Shown in pieces: positions 33,200 to 57,872 of a stretch of 64,000 nucleotides of DNA. Numbering within the stretch: position 1 is the stretch's first letter; the number at the start of each line of letters is the position of its first letter. The stretch lies in NCBI RefSeq assembly GCF_009914755.1, contig NC_060926.1; one strand, 5' to 3'. Origin of the DNA: the human T2T-CHM13v2.0 reference genome, Homo sapiens. A program made the position numbers and the translations under genes. The notes beneath the pieces are model-generated. The model made no database searches. It saw only the letters and a program-made list of their open reading frames with translations, and was not told where the DNA came from.

Positions 33200-34580
33200 A
33201 ACATAACAGAAAGTAATACAGAGACTCTACTTTGGACTGAAGGGATAGGAAATCTCAGTCTTGCTAACAAAGTGACATCTAGGCTTAAAACTTAAGCTTA
33301 GAGCTCAAGGTTTAAACAGAGAGGATAGAACAATGTACTAGGCAGAGAAAACATAAAGGTCCCAAGACAAAAGATATAGTCAAGGTACAGACAAAAAATA
33401 CCAGGGTGCCTGGAGCAGCGAAATGGCTCATGGCATGCAGTGATCAAGAAGCCTTTTGGGTACTGGTTAAGAATTTGGAATTATATTAAATGAAATGGGT
33501 AGTCCATGGAGGATTTCCAGCAGTGTAGTGTCTGATTCGACTATGTTTTATTTGCCTGCGTAAATAGACACAGAAAGAAGGGTATGAAGAAAGGGCAAAT
33601 TGGCTGGGCATGGTGGCTCACACCTGTAATCCCAGCACTTTGGTGTTTAAATTCCTTGGGGAAGGCCGGGCATGGTACCTCATGCCTGTAATTCTGGCGC
33701 CGTGGGAGGCCAAGGCAGGTGGATCACTTGAGGTCAGGAGTTCGAGACCAGCCTGGCCAACATGGCAAAACCCCGTCTCTACTAAAAATACAAAAATTAG
33801 CCACATGTGGTGGCATGCACCTGTAAGTCTAGCTACTCAGGAGGCTGAGAGGCACAAGAATCACTTGAACCTGGGAGGCAGAGGTTGCAATGAGCCAAGA
33901 TTGCACTACTGCACTCTACCCTGGGCCACAAAGACAGACTCTGTCTCAAAAAAAAAAAAGAAAGAAAGAAAAAGAAAAAATAGTGGAAGCTGTTAAGATG
34001 ACAGCTTGGGCTAAGGTGGTAGTAATGGAGTGGACAGATTTGGGATTTATGTTGGATGCAAAACTGGTAGGATCTGTGGGGCAAGTGAATATGAGTTGAT
34101 GGAGGAACAACAAAGCATGATTTGGGCTGGAATAGCTGAGCAGATTGTTCAACTCAGTTTATTTAGAGAGAAACAAGTTGAGGGGCTGGAAGACAGGTTG
34201 GAGAGAATAAATAAATCTGTTTGGAGCATGATAAGCATGAAATGACTACTGAAAATCAAGCTGGAGATACCAGGTAGGCTGCTGGATAGGAACCTGAAGC
34301 CAAGGCAGAGGTCAGAGCTGGAGATAGACATTTATCAGGTATAGATGGTATTTAAACTTCCAAGTCACGGGACTCAACAAGAACACTTAGAGACAGTTCA
34401 GATGGAGAAAACGTTTCAGAACTAATGCCAGGTATGCCACCATTTGAGAGGCTGAGCAGAAAAGGAGGTTAAGGAGTGGCCAGCAAGGTAGGAGAAAGGC
34501 CAGAAGAGTATGGTGTCAGGGAGCCTAGGGAAGAAATAGTTTCAAGAAGGAAGGAGTGGCCAGTAGTACTGCTAAGAAGA
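33200..34580. mobile_element. Degraded L2, interrupted by composite Alu 33602-33975
   Basis: L2-like blocks such as GGTCAGAGCTGGAGATAGACATTT and GTGTCAGGGAGCCTAGGGAAGA. Confidence 0.55.
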
Positions 34581-34976
34581 CACAAAGGTGGGATGAGTAG
34601 TTAGGTTCCCAAATCAGCCTGTGGACACCTATTTAATAAATGGTGTGCCCAGACAGAGGGCTAAAGAAGCTATTTCACCTGTTTTTTAACCACCAACCAC
34701 TTAACAACAATAGCAGAGAAAAATATACTCAGACTCCAACAAAGATTCGTTCAGCACTGCTTTAAGGGACAGAGGCTCAGCTCCACTGGAAAGATGAGCT
34801 AGATAATCCTGGATACCAGTAGCTTATTCCTTTCTTACACTTCTGCATCTGCTCAACATAAAGGAACTCTGCTCGATCACTCCTTTCCTAGAAGTTCTGA
34901 TGAGGGGAATGAGGACCTAAGCTCCATTCTAAAGGTCAGCTGGCATGACTTATATTCAATATCCTAAAGCCAATGA

Positions 34977-35583
<607 letters not shown>

Positions 35584-36214
35584 CTAAGCAAAAGAGCATG
35601 TTAAAATATTAATGATGTCACTGAAATTATACCTCATTACAAGGTAATCTGCATCAACTGATTATAATTTAAGAGCAGTAAACGAAAGTAAAACTTAGCT
35701 AACATGAAAAGAGATTTAGATTCCCCAGTTCAATCAGAAATTGGCTAGTGTCCAATAAGGTATTTTCAACCCCTGGCAAAATTCAGGTAGGCCTTCAGAT
35801 AATCAGTTGTTTTCCAGGAACCCTCTTTTAATCTGAACTAATTATAAATGGACTTTCTCATTTACTGTAACTTTGCCTTTAAAGACAAAACTTATATATA
35901 CAATCACTTCTATATTTTCTTTCAGGCATAACTCTGATTAGTTATAACAGGCATCCAATTGAAGATTCTTTTCTGCTAAAACTAAAAATCAAATTCAAAT
36001 TCTCTCAGACTTTTCCTTAATAAGTTTTTTTACTTTTCTTAAACACATATGATCTAGATTAAATCCCAACACAGCAACCAGAGCTGTCCATCAGAATCAC
36101 TGCAAAGCTTTTTAAAATACACCCAAAGATTCTCATCTAGGCTTAAACCAATGTTTGTTTTTTTTTAAAATCTCAATCCAAAAATGTAGCAACACATACA
36201 CAGATTAAGAATTA

Positions 36215-37352
<1,138 letters not shown>

Positions 37353-37369
37353 GTAATCAGTTACAATCC

Positions 37370-37374
<5 letters not shown>

Positions 37375-37408
<34 letters not shown>
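37375..37408. repeat. (AC)17 microsatellite
   Basis: Perfect AC run, 34 nt. Confidence 0.95.
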
Positions 37409-37410
<2 letters not shown>

Positions 37411-37625
37411 CACATCTATAGGATTCCAATCACTTGATGAAACATTTTCATTCCTGAGAGCATTCGGATGCCAAAAATATCCAATTCAGATTTATCATGT
37501 GACATAATTCTACTTTATATCTATTTAGATGGCTTTGTGTAAGAATCATAGGCACAACAAAAAGACTTTAGTCTCTTAATACCCAAAACAAAAGACTTTA
37601 AACATGAAATATACATAACACTCAC

Positions 37626-37640
37626 CTAAGTCTGAAACAC
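37626..37640 (-). CDS. IMMT: IMMT 15-nt microexon, supplies (S)VSDL(A)
   Basis: tttgtAG|GTGTTTCAGACTTAG|GTgagt; gives WKGM-SVSDL-ADKL. Confidence 0.9.
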   Translation of the reverse strand: MFQT

Positions 37641-37924
37641 CTACAAAGGAAAAAATAGAACAGTTTGAAAAAAAAGAATGCACATACTTTAGTTATTGAT
37701 CATTAAACAGAAATATCTAAAAGGAAACAAGAAGGAATCGGAGACTAGTACCAGGAAAAGCTATTTTAATACTGGAAAATGAAATGATACGGCTATTTTC
37801 TAAAATTTAAACTGTAAAACAAGACAAATCAAGGTAAATAACATTTTAGAAAATAAAAGAATCATTGATATTAATTGTGGTTTTGGTTTCAAAGGACTTA
37901 TCTCTGTTTCACAGTAATCAACTT

Positions 37925-39299
<1,375 letters not shown>

Positions 39300-40137
39300 T
39301 GAACATCAACTGACTAAACATCACTCCCTCCTACACCGTCAATCTCATAAAAATAAAATTTCCTCCTTATTATGGTTATATCATTCCTCTTCTCAAAAGG
39401 CCAAAAGGGAGTCCCGTGCTGCTGATACAAATCATTTAGGCAGAGAATAGTGAGGCTAGTGGGGGAGAATGAAATCCTGGCTCTTACCCCAACCTTGCAC
39501 AAATTACTTTTCTGTCTCACTTTTTTCATCTATGTAATTGGGATAATAACCAAATTTGCCTTGTAAGGCTGTTATGAATTTCAAATAAGTTAATATATGT
39601 GAAGCACTTAGAACTCAGTGCCCGGTACAAAATAATGCTCAATACCACTAGCTATTATTGCGTTTGGAAACTTGCTCAGCTACAGATAACACAGAAAGAG
39701 TACTGGATGTAGTGAACATCATCAGGACATTTGTCGTTTAGGGAAATAATAAGAGCAATCCCAGAACTTAAAGTATAATAAAGAAATAATGACAATAAGA
39801 GCAAAATGCCTCATAACACAAACCAGTACTAACAAATTTGGTTTAGGTCTTAGTGCGTTCTGATTTCAGAGGTGAGGACATCCACGGAGGGCTAGGGTAA
39901 TCATGGAATAATTACTATCTCTAGAAATACATAAGAAATCAGTAATACCGGTTGTCCCTGAGGAGGAAAACTGTGAGAGGGAAACTTCAAATGCCATTTG
40001 TACCTTTCAAATTTTCTATTGTGAATATATACTCTATTTTATAAATTAATAAAGATTTAAATGGAGGTCACTCAAAAAAGAAACAATATAGATTGCTTCA
40101 CAAGGGACCTTCATTTTATACATGGCCCTTTCTTTAG

Positions 40138-40755
<618 letters not shown>

Positions 40756-41554
40756 TTAGTAGGATTTAGTCTACTGGGAAGACCAAAGACAGAATGCAAA
40801 TTCTTAGGGTTGATGCTCGTATCTAACTCTCCACAAATAAAATTTGTCCTGCCCTGTCAACCTAATTTCATTTTATTTGAGCCACTGGAGACCCCCTACT
40901 ACCTACCAATGTCAAATTTATGCCAAGGAGCTTACATATATCTAATGCAAAGAGACAACAAACAAGCCAATGAATAAGAATTTCAAGAAGATAAAATAAG
41001 GTAATATGGTACAGTGGTTTGTGGAGGAATATAATCAGGGAAAGTCTCTCAGGTGCTCACATCTGTTTCAATTGTAACCTCAATGAGGCACAGACAACCC
41101 CTTGAGAAATTCTGATGAGGGAAGCAGTGCCAACGTGGCTCAAGTTTATCCTTCTCAAGGATAAATTGTCCACAATGCCTTCTTTGCTCGATGGTAGCTA
41201 TCCAGTGTCTAAACAAAAGTCACTGGTCCCAGACTGAACTTTGTATTTCTCCACATTATTCTCTCTCATAAATCATACTGTCACTTTTTTATTTGACAAC
41301 AATCTAACTGATATCTGCCTCCTGAGTCAACTGCATTCAAAGAGCTCAATGTCTGAGTTATCTTTTGACAGCCTTAACTCCACTTCTTGACATTCAGTCT
41401 CCCTGGGTGGCCATCATGCAGAATGATTATAAATCCCTGCACTGGTATTTATTACCTTCATTCCTTAGACCAGCTGTGGTTCTGTGATGCAACCCTGACA
41501 CCTTCAGCCCAGAGAGGCCTACAACATGAGAAGTCTGCTTTCTAACAAATGCTA

Positions 41555-42030
<476 letters not shown>

Positions 42031-42650
42031 TAAACGGTATTTTAATTTTGCTGAGACAGGTGATCTCTGTGATTCTTAGTACTCTCACAGAACTTCAGGG
42101 AAATGTGACTATAGCTACACCATGTAACGACTTCAGCATCAAAGTTCTCTGTAGTTTCAGCTTGAGGAAGTGGATAGCCAGAAAGCTGGTTCCTTTCTCA
42201 ATGCAGGGTCCCTAGGTAAATTCTCAACAAAGTGTTGTTTTGTCACAGAGCAGACATAAAGTGTGCTTTAAATAATTCACTACAAATACTTTTAAAGTAA
42301 TAAGGTTTTTTAATACTTATACATATACAATAATATTTCAGTAGCGTCAAGGTTATAATGTCACTTTTGTTCACTCAAATTCCAAACTTTTTTTTTTTGA
42401 GTAGCAAATATCAGAACAGAACCAATCACGGATTATGGAATTAAACACTAGCTGGAACTCATGTTCACCACAGCTAAAACTACAAGAGTAGTGTTGCAGC
42501 TGTGTCATCTGTAATGACTGTGGTTAAAATAAAACGCTGTAACAAAAAGAGATATGCATGCATGCCAGAGGGATGTGGACTACAATGGAGATGAAGCAAG
42601 TTTAGATTCATTGATCAGTGGTTAAAACATAAAAAAAAAACATTACTTCA

Positions 42651-42878
<228 letters not shown>

Positions 42879-43159
42879 TTACATTTTGTTGGAAATGTGT
42901 AAGGAAATCTGAAGCTCAGAAATAGAATATAAGCCTTATTTGTTTCCTTCTAATTCCTATTCAAATACCATGGACAGGCCCTTTCCCATCTTACTATGCC
43001 CCCTCCCTCCATACATATCATATAAGTGCAGGCAGAAGATCTGCTACAAAATGGACATTTTCATAAGTGACAATAATCATAACCAAAAATGTTATCTATT
43101 ATAGAAAGTATCAACAATATGGAACAATCCACTTGGTTGGTGTCCAAGGCAAAAAAAAA

Positions 43160-43455
43160 AAATTTTTTTTTTTTTGACAGGGTCTCACTCTGTCACCCAG
43201 GATAGAGTGCAGTGGCACCATCTCAGCTCACTGCAGCCTCAACCTCCCAGGCCCAAGTCATCCTCTCACCTCAGTCTCCTGAGTAGCTAGGACTACAGGC
43301 GCACACCACCACATCCACTTATTTTTGTATTTTTTGTAGAAACAGAGTTTCACCATGTTGCCCAGGCTGGTCTCAAACTCCTGGGCTCAAGTTATCTGCC
43401 CACCTCGGCCTGCCAAAGTGCTGGGATTACAGGTGTGAACCACCACACCCAGCCA
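43160..43455 (-). mobile_element. Alu
   Basis: Antisense dimer. Confidence 0.9.
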
Positions 43456-43605
43456 AGGCAAATTTTTTAAAACAGTAACAACGAATACACTTTGCAGGAG
43501 AAAAGACGGGGAGATGGTAGGAATTTGCTGTTTTCCTAAATCCTTAAAATCCTTTAAGAGATTATATTTTAAAATATAAAATACTATAAGACTTAGGAAA
43601 CATAC

Positions 43606-43741
43606 CTTTTTGACCACATTATCCAGATCAACTATCATGTTGTGAAGTTTACCCTCTGCAGCAGTTATATGAGGCTTGGCCCCAGCAACCTCTTTTTTCT
43701 TTGCATTTTCAATCACACTTTTCATCTTCTCTAACTCTTCT
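43606..43741 (-). CDS. IMMT: IMMT coding exon EELEKMKS...DNVVKK
   Basis: tccAG|A...AAG|GTatgt; ORF 43387..43755. Confidence 0.95.
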
Positions 43742-44026
43742 CTGGAAACCAACAAAACAAAGATTTAATATAACTTCTTGTCAACTGTATTAAAAAGTTT
43801 TGATGTCAGCACAGTATATAATTGTTAAAAGTCTATGAAACAGGCTGGGAGCAGTGGCTGATACCTGTAATCCCAGCACTTTGGAGGCCAAGGCAGGAGG
43901 ATCACTTGAGCCCAGGAGTTCAAGACCAGCCTGGACAACATAGGGAAACCATGCCTCTATTTTATTAAAAAAACTAAAAGAAAAGTCAATGAAAGAAATG
44001 TAATTGCTTTTTTTTTTCTTTTTTTT

Positions 44027-44135
44027 AAAGACTAGTCAAGTGCAATAGTAAGGGAGGAAAGACTAGAACGAGACTGTTCGATCCGTAACTGACTGTGAAC
44101 AATCAACTGAGCTAACTCACTACCTTTGGACGAGC
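44027..44135 (-). pseudogene. Y1 RNA (RNY1-derived) retropseudogene
   Basis: Reverse complement resembles hY1 (GGCTGGTCCGAAGGTAGTGAGTT...GCACTTGACTAGTCTTT); T-run 44008-44026 is the poly(A) tail; short imperfect TSD around tgctttt. Confidence 0.9.
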
Positions 44136-45034
44136 ATCAATGCTTTTCTGGAGTCAATACACAGAGAGGCTTTTCTCATCAACAACTGAAAACACCTTGG
44201 TTAGAAGCTAGATTTACTAGAGTGAACCAGAGAGGTAGCATGGTATATGGAGTGACCCAGACCTCAGAGTAAGACAGCCCCAGATTCAGCTCCCATATCA
44301 GCCTCTCATTTCCTACATGCTTTCGTGTAAGGAACAGAAGTAATTCATGAGAAGTACTTAGTGCCTGGCTGAATCATGAGCACACAATAAACAGCAGCTC
44401 TTGCAAGGATCAACTTGACTCACCAACCAATGAGAGAGAGCTAAGGCAGGCAAAGGCACAGGAGAAGGCCAAAAACCTCACTGGGCGAATACTTAACTGG
44501 GTCTCAGGGAGCCCTCACGATTCAGAATGTTTCATAAGTCCGTCAGACTGTGGTCTACCCACCATAAAACACAGAACTCAAAGTGATATGAGCATAATGC
44601 CTTAAATCTCCTAAAAGATATGCTAGTTTTATCAGAAGACTTCCTTCTCTACTAATAATAAATATTTTCTTAAAAAAGACAGCAAAATTTTGAGTGACAA
44701 ATAACTAAAATAACTATTCCATACTGCTGATGAGGATCTTTAGTCAAATGTAGGTTTCCATCAACAGAGGTTGATCTTATATCTGGGCATGCTTGCTCAA
44801 TCCTAGTTTTAGCCAACTTCCAGGAATCAAGGTCAACGTGGCATACCTATTACATACCCACTATTTTGGTTAAGGCAGACAGATTGTGACATACTTTCTA
44901 CATTCTGATAAACTGCCCAAACTGTCCCAGTAAAATCTTAAAACTACAGCAGAATCTCAGTACATCTGTAGAGATACATCATCTAAGCAATAATCCAAAG
45001 CGAAACTGACTTTTATGTAAGATCCTTTATATGT

Positions 45035-45893
<859 letters not shown>

Positions 45894-46054
45894 TGTACAA
45901 ATTCCTAATGCCAATTCAGAACAAGCACAGGTGGAAAAGTGAGAGAAGGGTTTCTCTACCTCCTCTTTATTCTATACAGACAATACAAAGAAAACCCGGC
46001 CCAAAGAAAGCCACCAGGAGGCCCTAATTACTTGTTAAAGTCCATGAGTAATTA

Positions 46055-46159
<105 letters not shown>

Positions 46160-46644
46160 CTAAACAAAAAATTTTAATTATATAATAAATAACTGCTATT
46201 ATTGTCATATGATAGGCCAACAAGATTGAACACAGAAACATGTGACATTAAATTCAAAGGTAAAAATTTATATGCAATGTTTCTCCAGAGTAAGAACTCT
46301 TAATTTAAGGCTTATGTTCTTAATTTAAGGCTTATGATCTGCCCACATCGGCCCCTCAAAGTGCTGGGATTACAGGCATGAGCCACTGCCCAGCCATATA
46401 AGCATTTTCTAAGGAGAGTTGTTTTTTTTTTTTTTTTAAGATTCTCAAAAGGATGTACAAACCAAAATCAGAGTTTAAGGATAAATAGGAGGTTTACATA
46501 TTTGTAGGGTCCTTATTCCTCCTAAATGTTACTCTAAGGAATTATTCTTCTTAATTTGTTACATATAAGTCAACTATTGTCAAAAACCTCCCTTGAGGTG
46601 ACTCTTACGGTATGTGAAATGTGTATTAAAAAAAAAAAAGTTTT

Positions 46645-48815
<2,171 letters not shown>

Positions 48816-50163
48816 GAATGGATGCTGAGTTGGGCCACATGAACTGACCCAAATAGAATTACAAAGCATGTAAATGTCAATGACATATCTGGGGGCCAAA
48901 ATTTATCACCCTTGTTGAAGGTACTCCTGCTTACAGAAGTCCAAGGAAAACCTACCCTGTAACAGACACAGATTCCCCTACAACCAAACTAAATCCTAGT
49001 ATTACCAAATCCAACTCTTCACAAACACTGCTTTGTGAAAGTTATTCAGTATATATTGGAAATTACATGTGCACCTGTAGCTTCTTGTACTAGAAAAAAC
49101 AAAAGCTGGAATTCATTCTTAACATTCCAAAATGTGTTCATACATTTTTCCAATTATTTTGTACATTAGCTAATACTCTCATCTGTTAACTGCTACCATT
49201 AGATTGTAAAATCTTGACTGCAATAGATTTTACACTGTCTAATCACCATGTGCTACACATTATGTGCGTTAGGAAGATGAAATACCACCTTGTGTACCCT
49301 TATACCCAAGTAGTAACATGGCATTTAAAGCTTCCAATCCGTGTCCTTCTGAGGGATACTGGTCTACTTGGGTTTGAACCCAACACCCTTACATCACGCA
49401 ACTTCTAGCCTTCCCATATCGGTAACCAGCAAATTAAATTTCCTGGGTGGTTTCCACTTTGCTGACTGAACTCTGATATTTAAGTATTTTTCTTGGACTT
49501 TGAATAAAATGGAATTTTCCTTAAAATTTCAAAGGTTGTAGTTTCTTGCTACTAACATCAGAGGTCTAATTAAACTCTTTTGTAATATAAGTACATACGA
49601 CTGAAACAATGTAAAGTGTGTGTAAAATTTTTTTTAAAACTACAATTATGAAGGCAAAGTAACTTTACTGACCATGTATGATCCTGATCCTTAAGATTAA
49701 TAATTTATGCATTTTACTTTAATTTACTCCTTAAATGACTTGGAATAGAGATACATTTATACATACTGAATAACTTAATGTAATTATAAAATAATGTATT
49801 AAGTCCCAGTATTAAATTTTGAAAAATCAATGTTATTACTTCATTCTTTGAAGTGTTTCGCATAAATTAAATAATCATAAACATTTAAAATAGCAGGTGT
49901 TTCAGGGAACATGAGAGCTCTCTGTATTATTTCTTAAAACTGCATGTGAAGTTTGAGAAGTATCTTAAAAAGTTTACCTATGGAAATAGCAATTTTAAAG
50001 CAAACAACAAAAATATTTAAGTGCTATTAAAATATGAAAGCAAATCTGAACTAATTCTTGCGCTGCATCGGTGTTGTAAGATATAGTAAAGCACAATGTA
50101 TAAAATTCATTCTAAAAAACTTAAAGGCTTTTTTCAGTTTGTTTTTTAAACATAATTACTCTA

Positions 50164-52745
<2,582 letters not shown>

Positions 52746-53813
52746 TAATTAAATAAATGATATCACATGACAAAAAATAAAAAATGTATTTGACAAGCGA
52801 GAAAAAAAGATGATTTTGAGGAAAAGAAGCATAAACTAGCAATGAACAAATGGAATCTGAGGAACTACAAATGGTACCTCTGCAAGAAAGATAAGAGGAA
52901 AACTAATAAGGAGAAAATAAAAAGAAATTGACAGAAGTGATAGAAGTGAAACGAGAGCAGGGGATACAACAAGAGAAAGGGGCAAGGGAGAGAAACCGTG
53001 GTATTTGGATCCCATGACATGCGTGAGTGAACAGTGGACATCAAGTACAGGCAGTTGTGAACCACTTTATGGAGGCCACAGAAAGTGGGCTGCTGGGAGG
53101 CACCTGCTGCTTCCAGCCCTCTTCAGAGGTTTAGTCACTGTCCTTTGATCCTTGATAAATATTTCACATGCAAATGCATATGTGTATATTTTTAAAGTCA
53201 AGTTTGAGGGGGAATTAAGAGGTGACAGATAAAATTCTGAAAATTTTCACTTTGCCCAAAATGAAAGATGAGAGGAACCAGGCAAGGAAAAGAACAGCTG
53301 GAACAGCAGACATCTCCATCTTACGTTTATAACTTAATTTCAAGGTGCCCAAGTGATAAAGAGAGAAAAGTGAAAAGTGAAGAAAAAACAGGACTAAAAG
53401 AAAAAAGAAGTAGGAAAAATGAAATATTTCACTTAGTTAGAAGTCATTTATTAAATATTCACAAATATTTGTAACACAATCAGAAGAATACAAAAAATCA
53501 AAAACGAAAATCCAAATCCAAGTAGGAAAACTAATGCCATAGGCACAGAATGACACCTATGCTATTCTAAGAAACTTGGTTCCTCAGGGTAGGGCAGAAC
53601 CAGCACATTACAAGGGAAACAGGAGCAAAACAAATGACAAGGAGATCAAAAAACTATAAACAGCTGCCATGAGTACTGAACTCTCTGTCCAGCAAAAAGC
53701 TACATCCCATGACCTCCAGAGACATCAACATATTATAGCACAGTACAAAAAATTATGTTACATGTGCTTTAAGACAGAAAAATAAATTGATAAATATCTA
53801 TTATCTTTTTTAA

Positions 53814-54552
<739 letters not shown>

Positions 54553-54862
54553 TTAGGCAAGCTGCTAAAACATAAATAATCAATTTCTGTTTCCCAGAGT
54601 ATAAAGAATCTTTAGCGCTAACATAATCTTTAGTATTATTTGGAGTTTTCACCAACTATACACTAAGAATAGCCTTTGTCACTTAGGTAAAAGAAGTTTA
54701 GATGAAATGAAGGTGATGAATAAAGCAATGCCACTAAAAAACAACCGCAGCAACAAAAGAAACCACAACTAGGTGATAGATGACAAACTTGTGCTGATAG
54801 TTTAAGAAGAGAGCAACTGGGAGATGACCCAAAATCCTTAAGAAGCTGTCTGGTTTACATAC

Positions 54863-54958
54863 ACTCAATTTTAACTTGTTCTTGTTTTTCCTGTTGTGCA
54901 AGGCGAGCTGCAACTTCTTCAGGTGGTCGCTCCCTTATAGAAGATGAGGATGCTTCTT
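54863..54958 (-). CDS. IMMT: IMMT coding exon EEASSSSIRERPPEE...VKIE
   Basis: gcaAG|AAGAAG...GAGT|GTatgt, 96 nt. Confidence 0.92.
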
Positions 54959-55321
54959 CTTGCAGCAAAAGTAAATAAGAGGAAATCAAATTTCAGCATA
55001 GAATTTTAATAGCTAACAGGGATATAAAAAAAGCATCGTTTGTACTGGCCAGTTATATCAATGCGGGGCATTTTTGTGTTAAGAATTCTAAAACCATATC
55101 ATTACTCTTAATGATTCCAAAATGAAGAAATAGGAATCAGGCTTTAATCTTCTTGTTTAAAAAGATACATTCGGACATTTAAATTTTAAAAATTTCTTAA
55201 GAAACTCTGAAGACCTAAACCTAGTGTAAATGTATACTTAGTGTCTACGTGTTGCCTAGGCATTAAATAGTTCTGATGAGTATATCATGTATAAAAGAAC
55301 AAATAGAAATAATTAAATTAC

Positions 55322-55459
55322 CTGAAAGTGCAGGTGTGGGTTTTCCTTCACCAATTTCAGGGTGATCAGTTTTTAAAGATTCCTCAGGCTGAACTGCAGG
55401 GGCTGGGACCGACAGGGTATCACCTGCTGCAGAAATAATTTGAGCCGCTTCTGTAGGTG
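55322..55459 (-). CDS. IMMT: IMMT coding exon APTEAAQIISAAGD...TPALS
   Basis: tatAG|CA...TCAG|GTaatt, 138 nt. Confidence 0.93.
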
Positions 55460-56074
55460 CTATAAATATATGTTACTCATGGTATTTATACTTTCCTGGG
55501 TTAACAGAGAAACACACAGAAATTTACTACCACCATCACCACCCACTTCACATCTGACTCCTTAGAGACACAAATATTTGTACTGCCACATGTTTGAATA
55601 ACACACAAACAGGGGCACTGTCCACTGCATACATAAACTCACACAAAATGGACAATGGTTGGGAACGAACAAAAGAAAGAAGTCTTGTCTGCATCCACCT
55701 GCATTTTAACCATCATTATTCCAGGCAAGGCTTATAATAATAATATTAACACACAAGAAGGGGACATTTACACATTGAAAAAGAGTAACAAAGGAAAAAG
55801 CCTGTTAATGATGAAGACAGACAAAAGAAAGCAACTAAACAAAGAATATTTTTTAATTGCTTTGAAGAGTGGTAGAAGACGTGTGAGCAGGAAAAAGATA
55901 ACAGTTTTAAACAAAAAGATGAAAGGTCACAGTGATCAAGAACAGAACTGAGTTAAAATACATATATATATATATATTTTTTTTTTGCACACTTTGGGAG
56001 GCCAAGACCAACCTGGCCAACACAGCAAGATCCCATCTCTATCAATCACTCAATCAATTTTTTGTGTGTGTAGT

Positions 56075-56742
<668 letters not shown>

Positions 56743-57409
56743 TAAAATAAAATTCTTACAATGGCTTCCAAGGACTGCCACAATAAACTTTTTGCTCCCT
56801 CTCTGACCTCATTTGCTCCTGTTCTCCCCTTACTCAATTCACTCTAGCCTCATTTGCCCTTTGTTTGAATAGATCAAGCCTCTACACCAGCTAATCCTGC
56901 TGCCTGGGATGCTTTTCCCCACCACCCTTTTACATGACTTATCCCCCTTATCTCTTTCTAATCTTTGCTCAGATAACCCCTTCCAGGTAAGGTATTCCTT
57001 ACACATTCCATTTAAAACTGCAGTATTCCCTCCCACAATGTCTGACATCCTATACGTTTTACTTGTTTATTCCCTCTCCTCACCCAATCAAGAAATATTA
57101 GCTGAAAAAATTTTTTAACTGTTTTTGTTCATGGCTGTTTCCCCAGTACTTACAAGAATGTCTAGCACAGAAAAGACAGTAAATTTCTGCTGAATTAAAG
57201 AAAGTCAGGTGATTTAATCAAGGACAGACACAACAAAGGAGAAACATAAGAAGTTCAAATGTATACTGAACAGGTTAGAGTTCAACAGGCAAGTGCTGTA
57301 AATTAGGGTGGGGTGACTGGTAGTTTCTGAAGTCAAAAAATATCTGCAGGGACTAGAGCAAGACACTTTCATCACTAAGAAAGAAGAGAGGATAAAGAAT
57401 TGGTGAAGA

Positions 57410-57703
<294 letters not shown>

Positions 57704-57760
57704 AGAATTGGTGAAGAGATTTACCTATAATTTTAAAAAGATGGTTCAAAATATAAGTAC

Positions 57761-57872
57761 CTGTTGCTGAAGCTGGAGTATCTCCCTTTTGTTTTTGGAG
57801 TTGTGAGGCAGGCTGTTTAGATTCTTTCATTACTTCTGATACACTAGAGATTTTTAGTGGACCCGACTGAAT
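57761..57872 (-). CDS. IMMT: IMMT coding exon IQSGPLKISS...TPASAT
   Basis: ccaAG|ATT...ACAG|GTactt; ORF 57690..57890. Confidence 0.94.
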
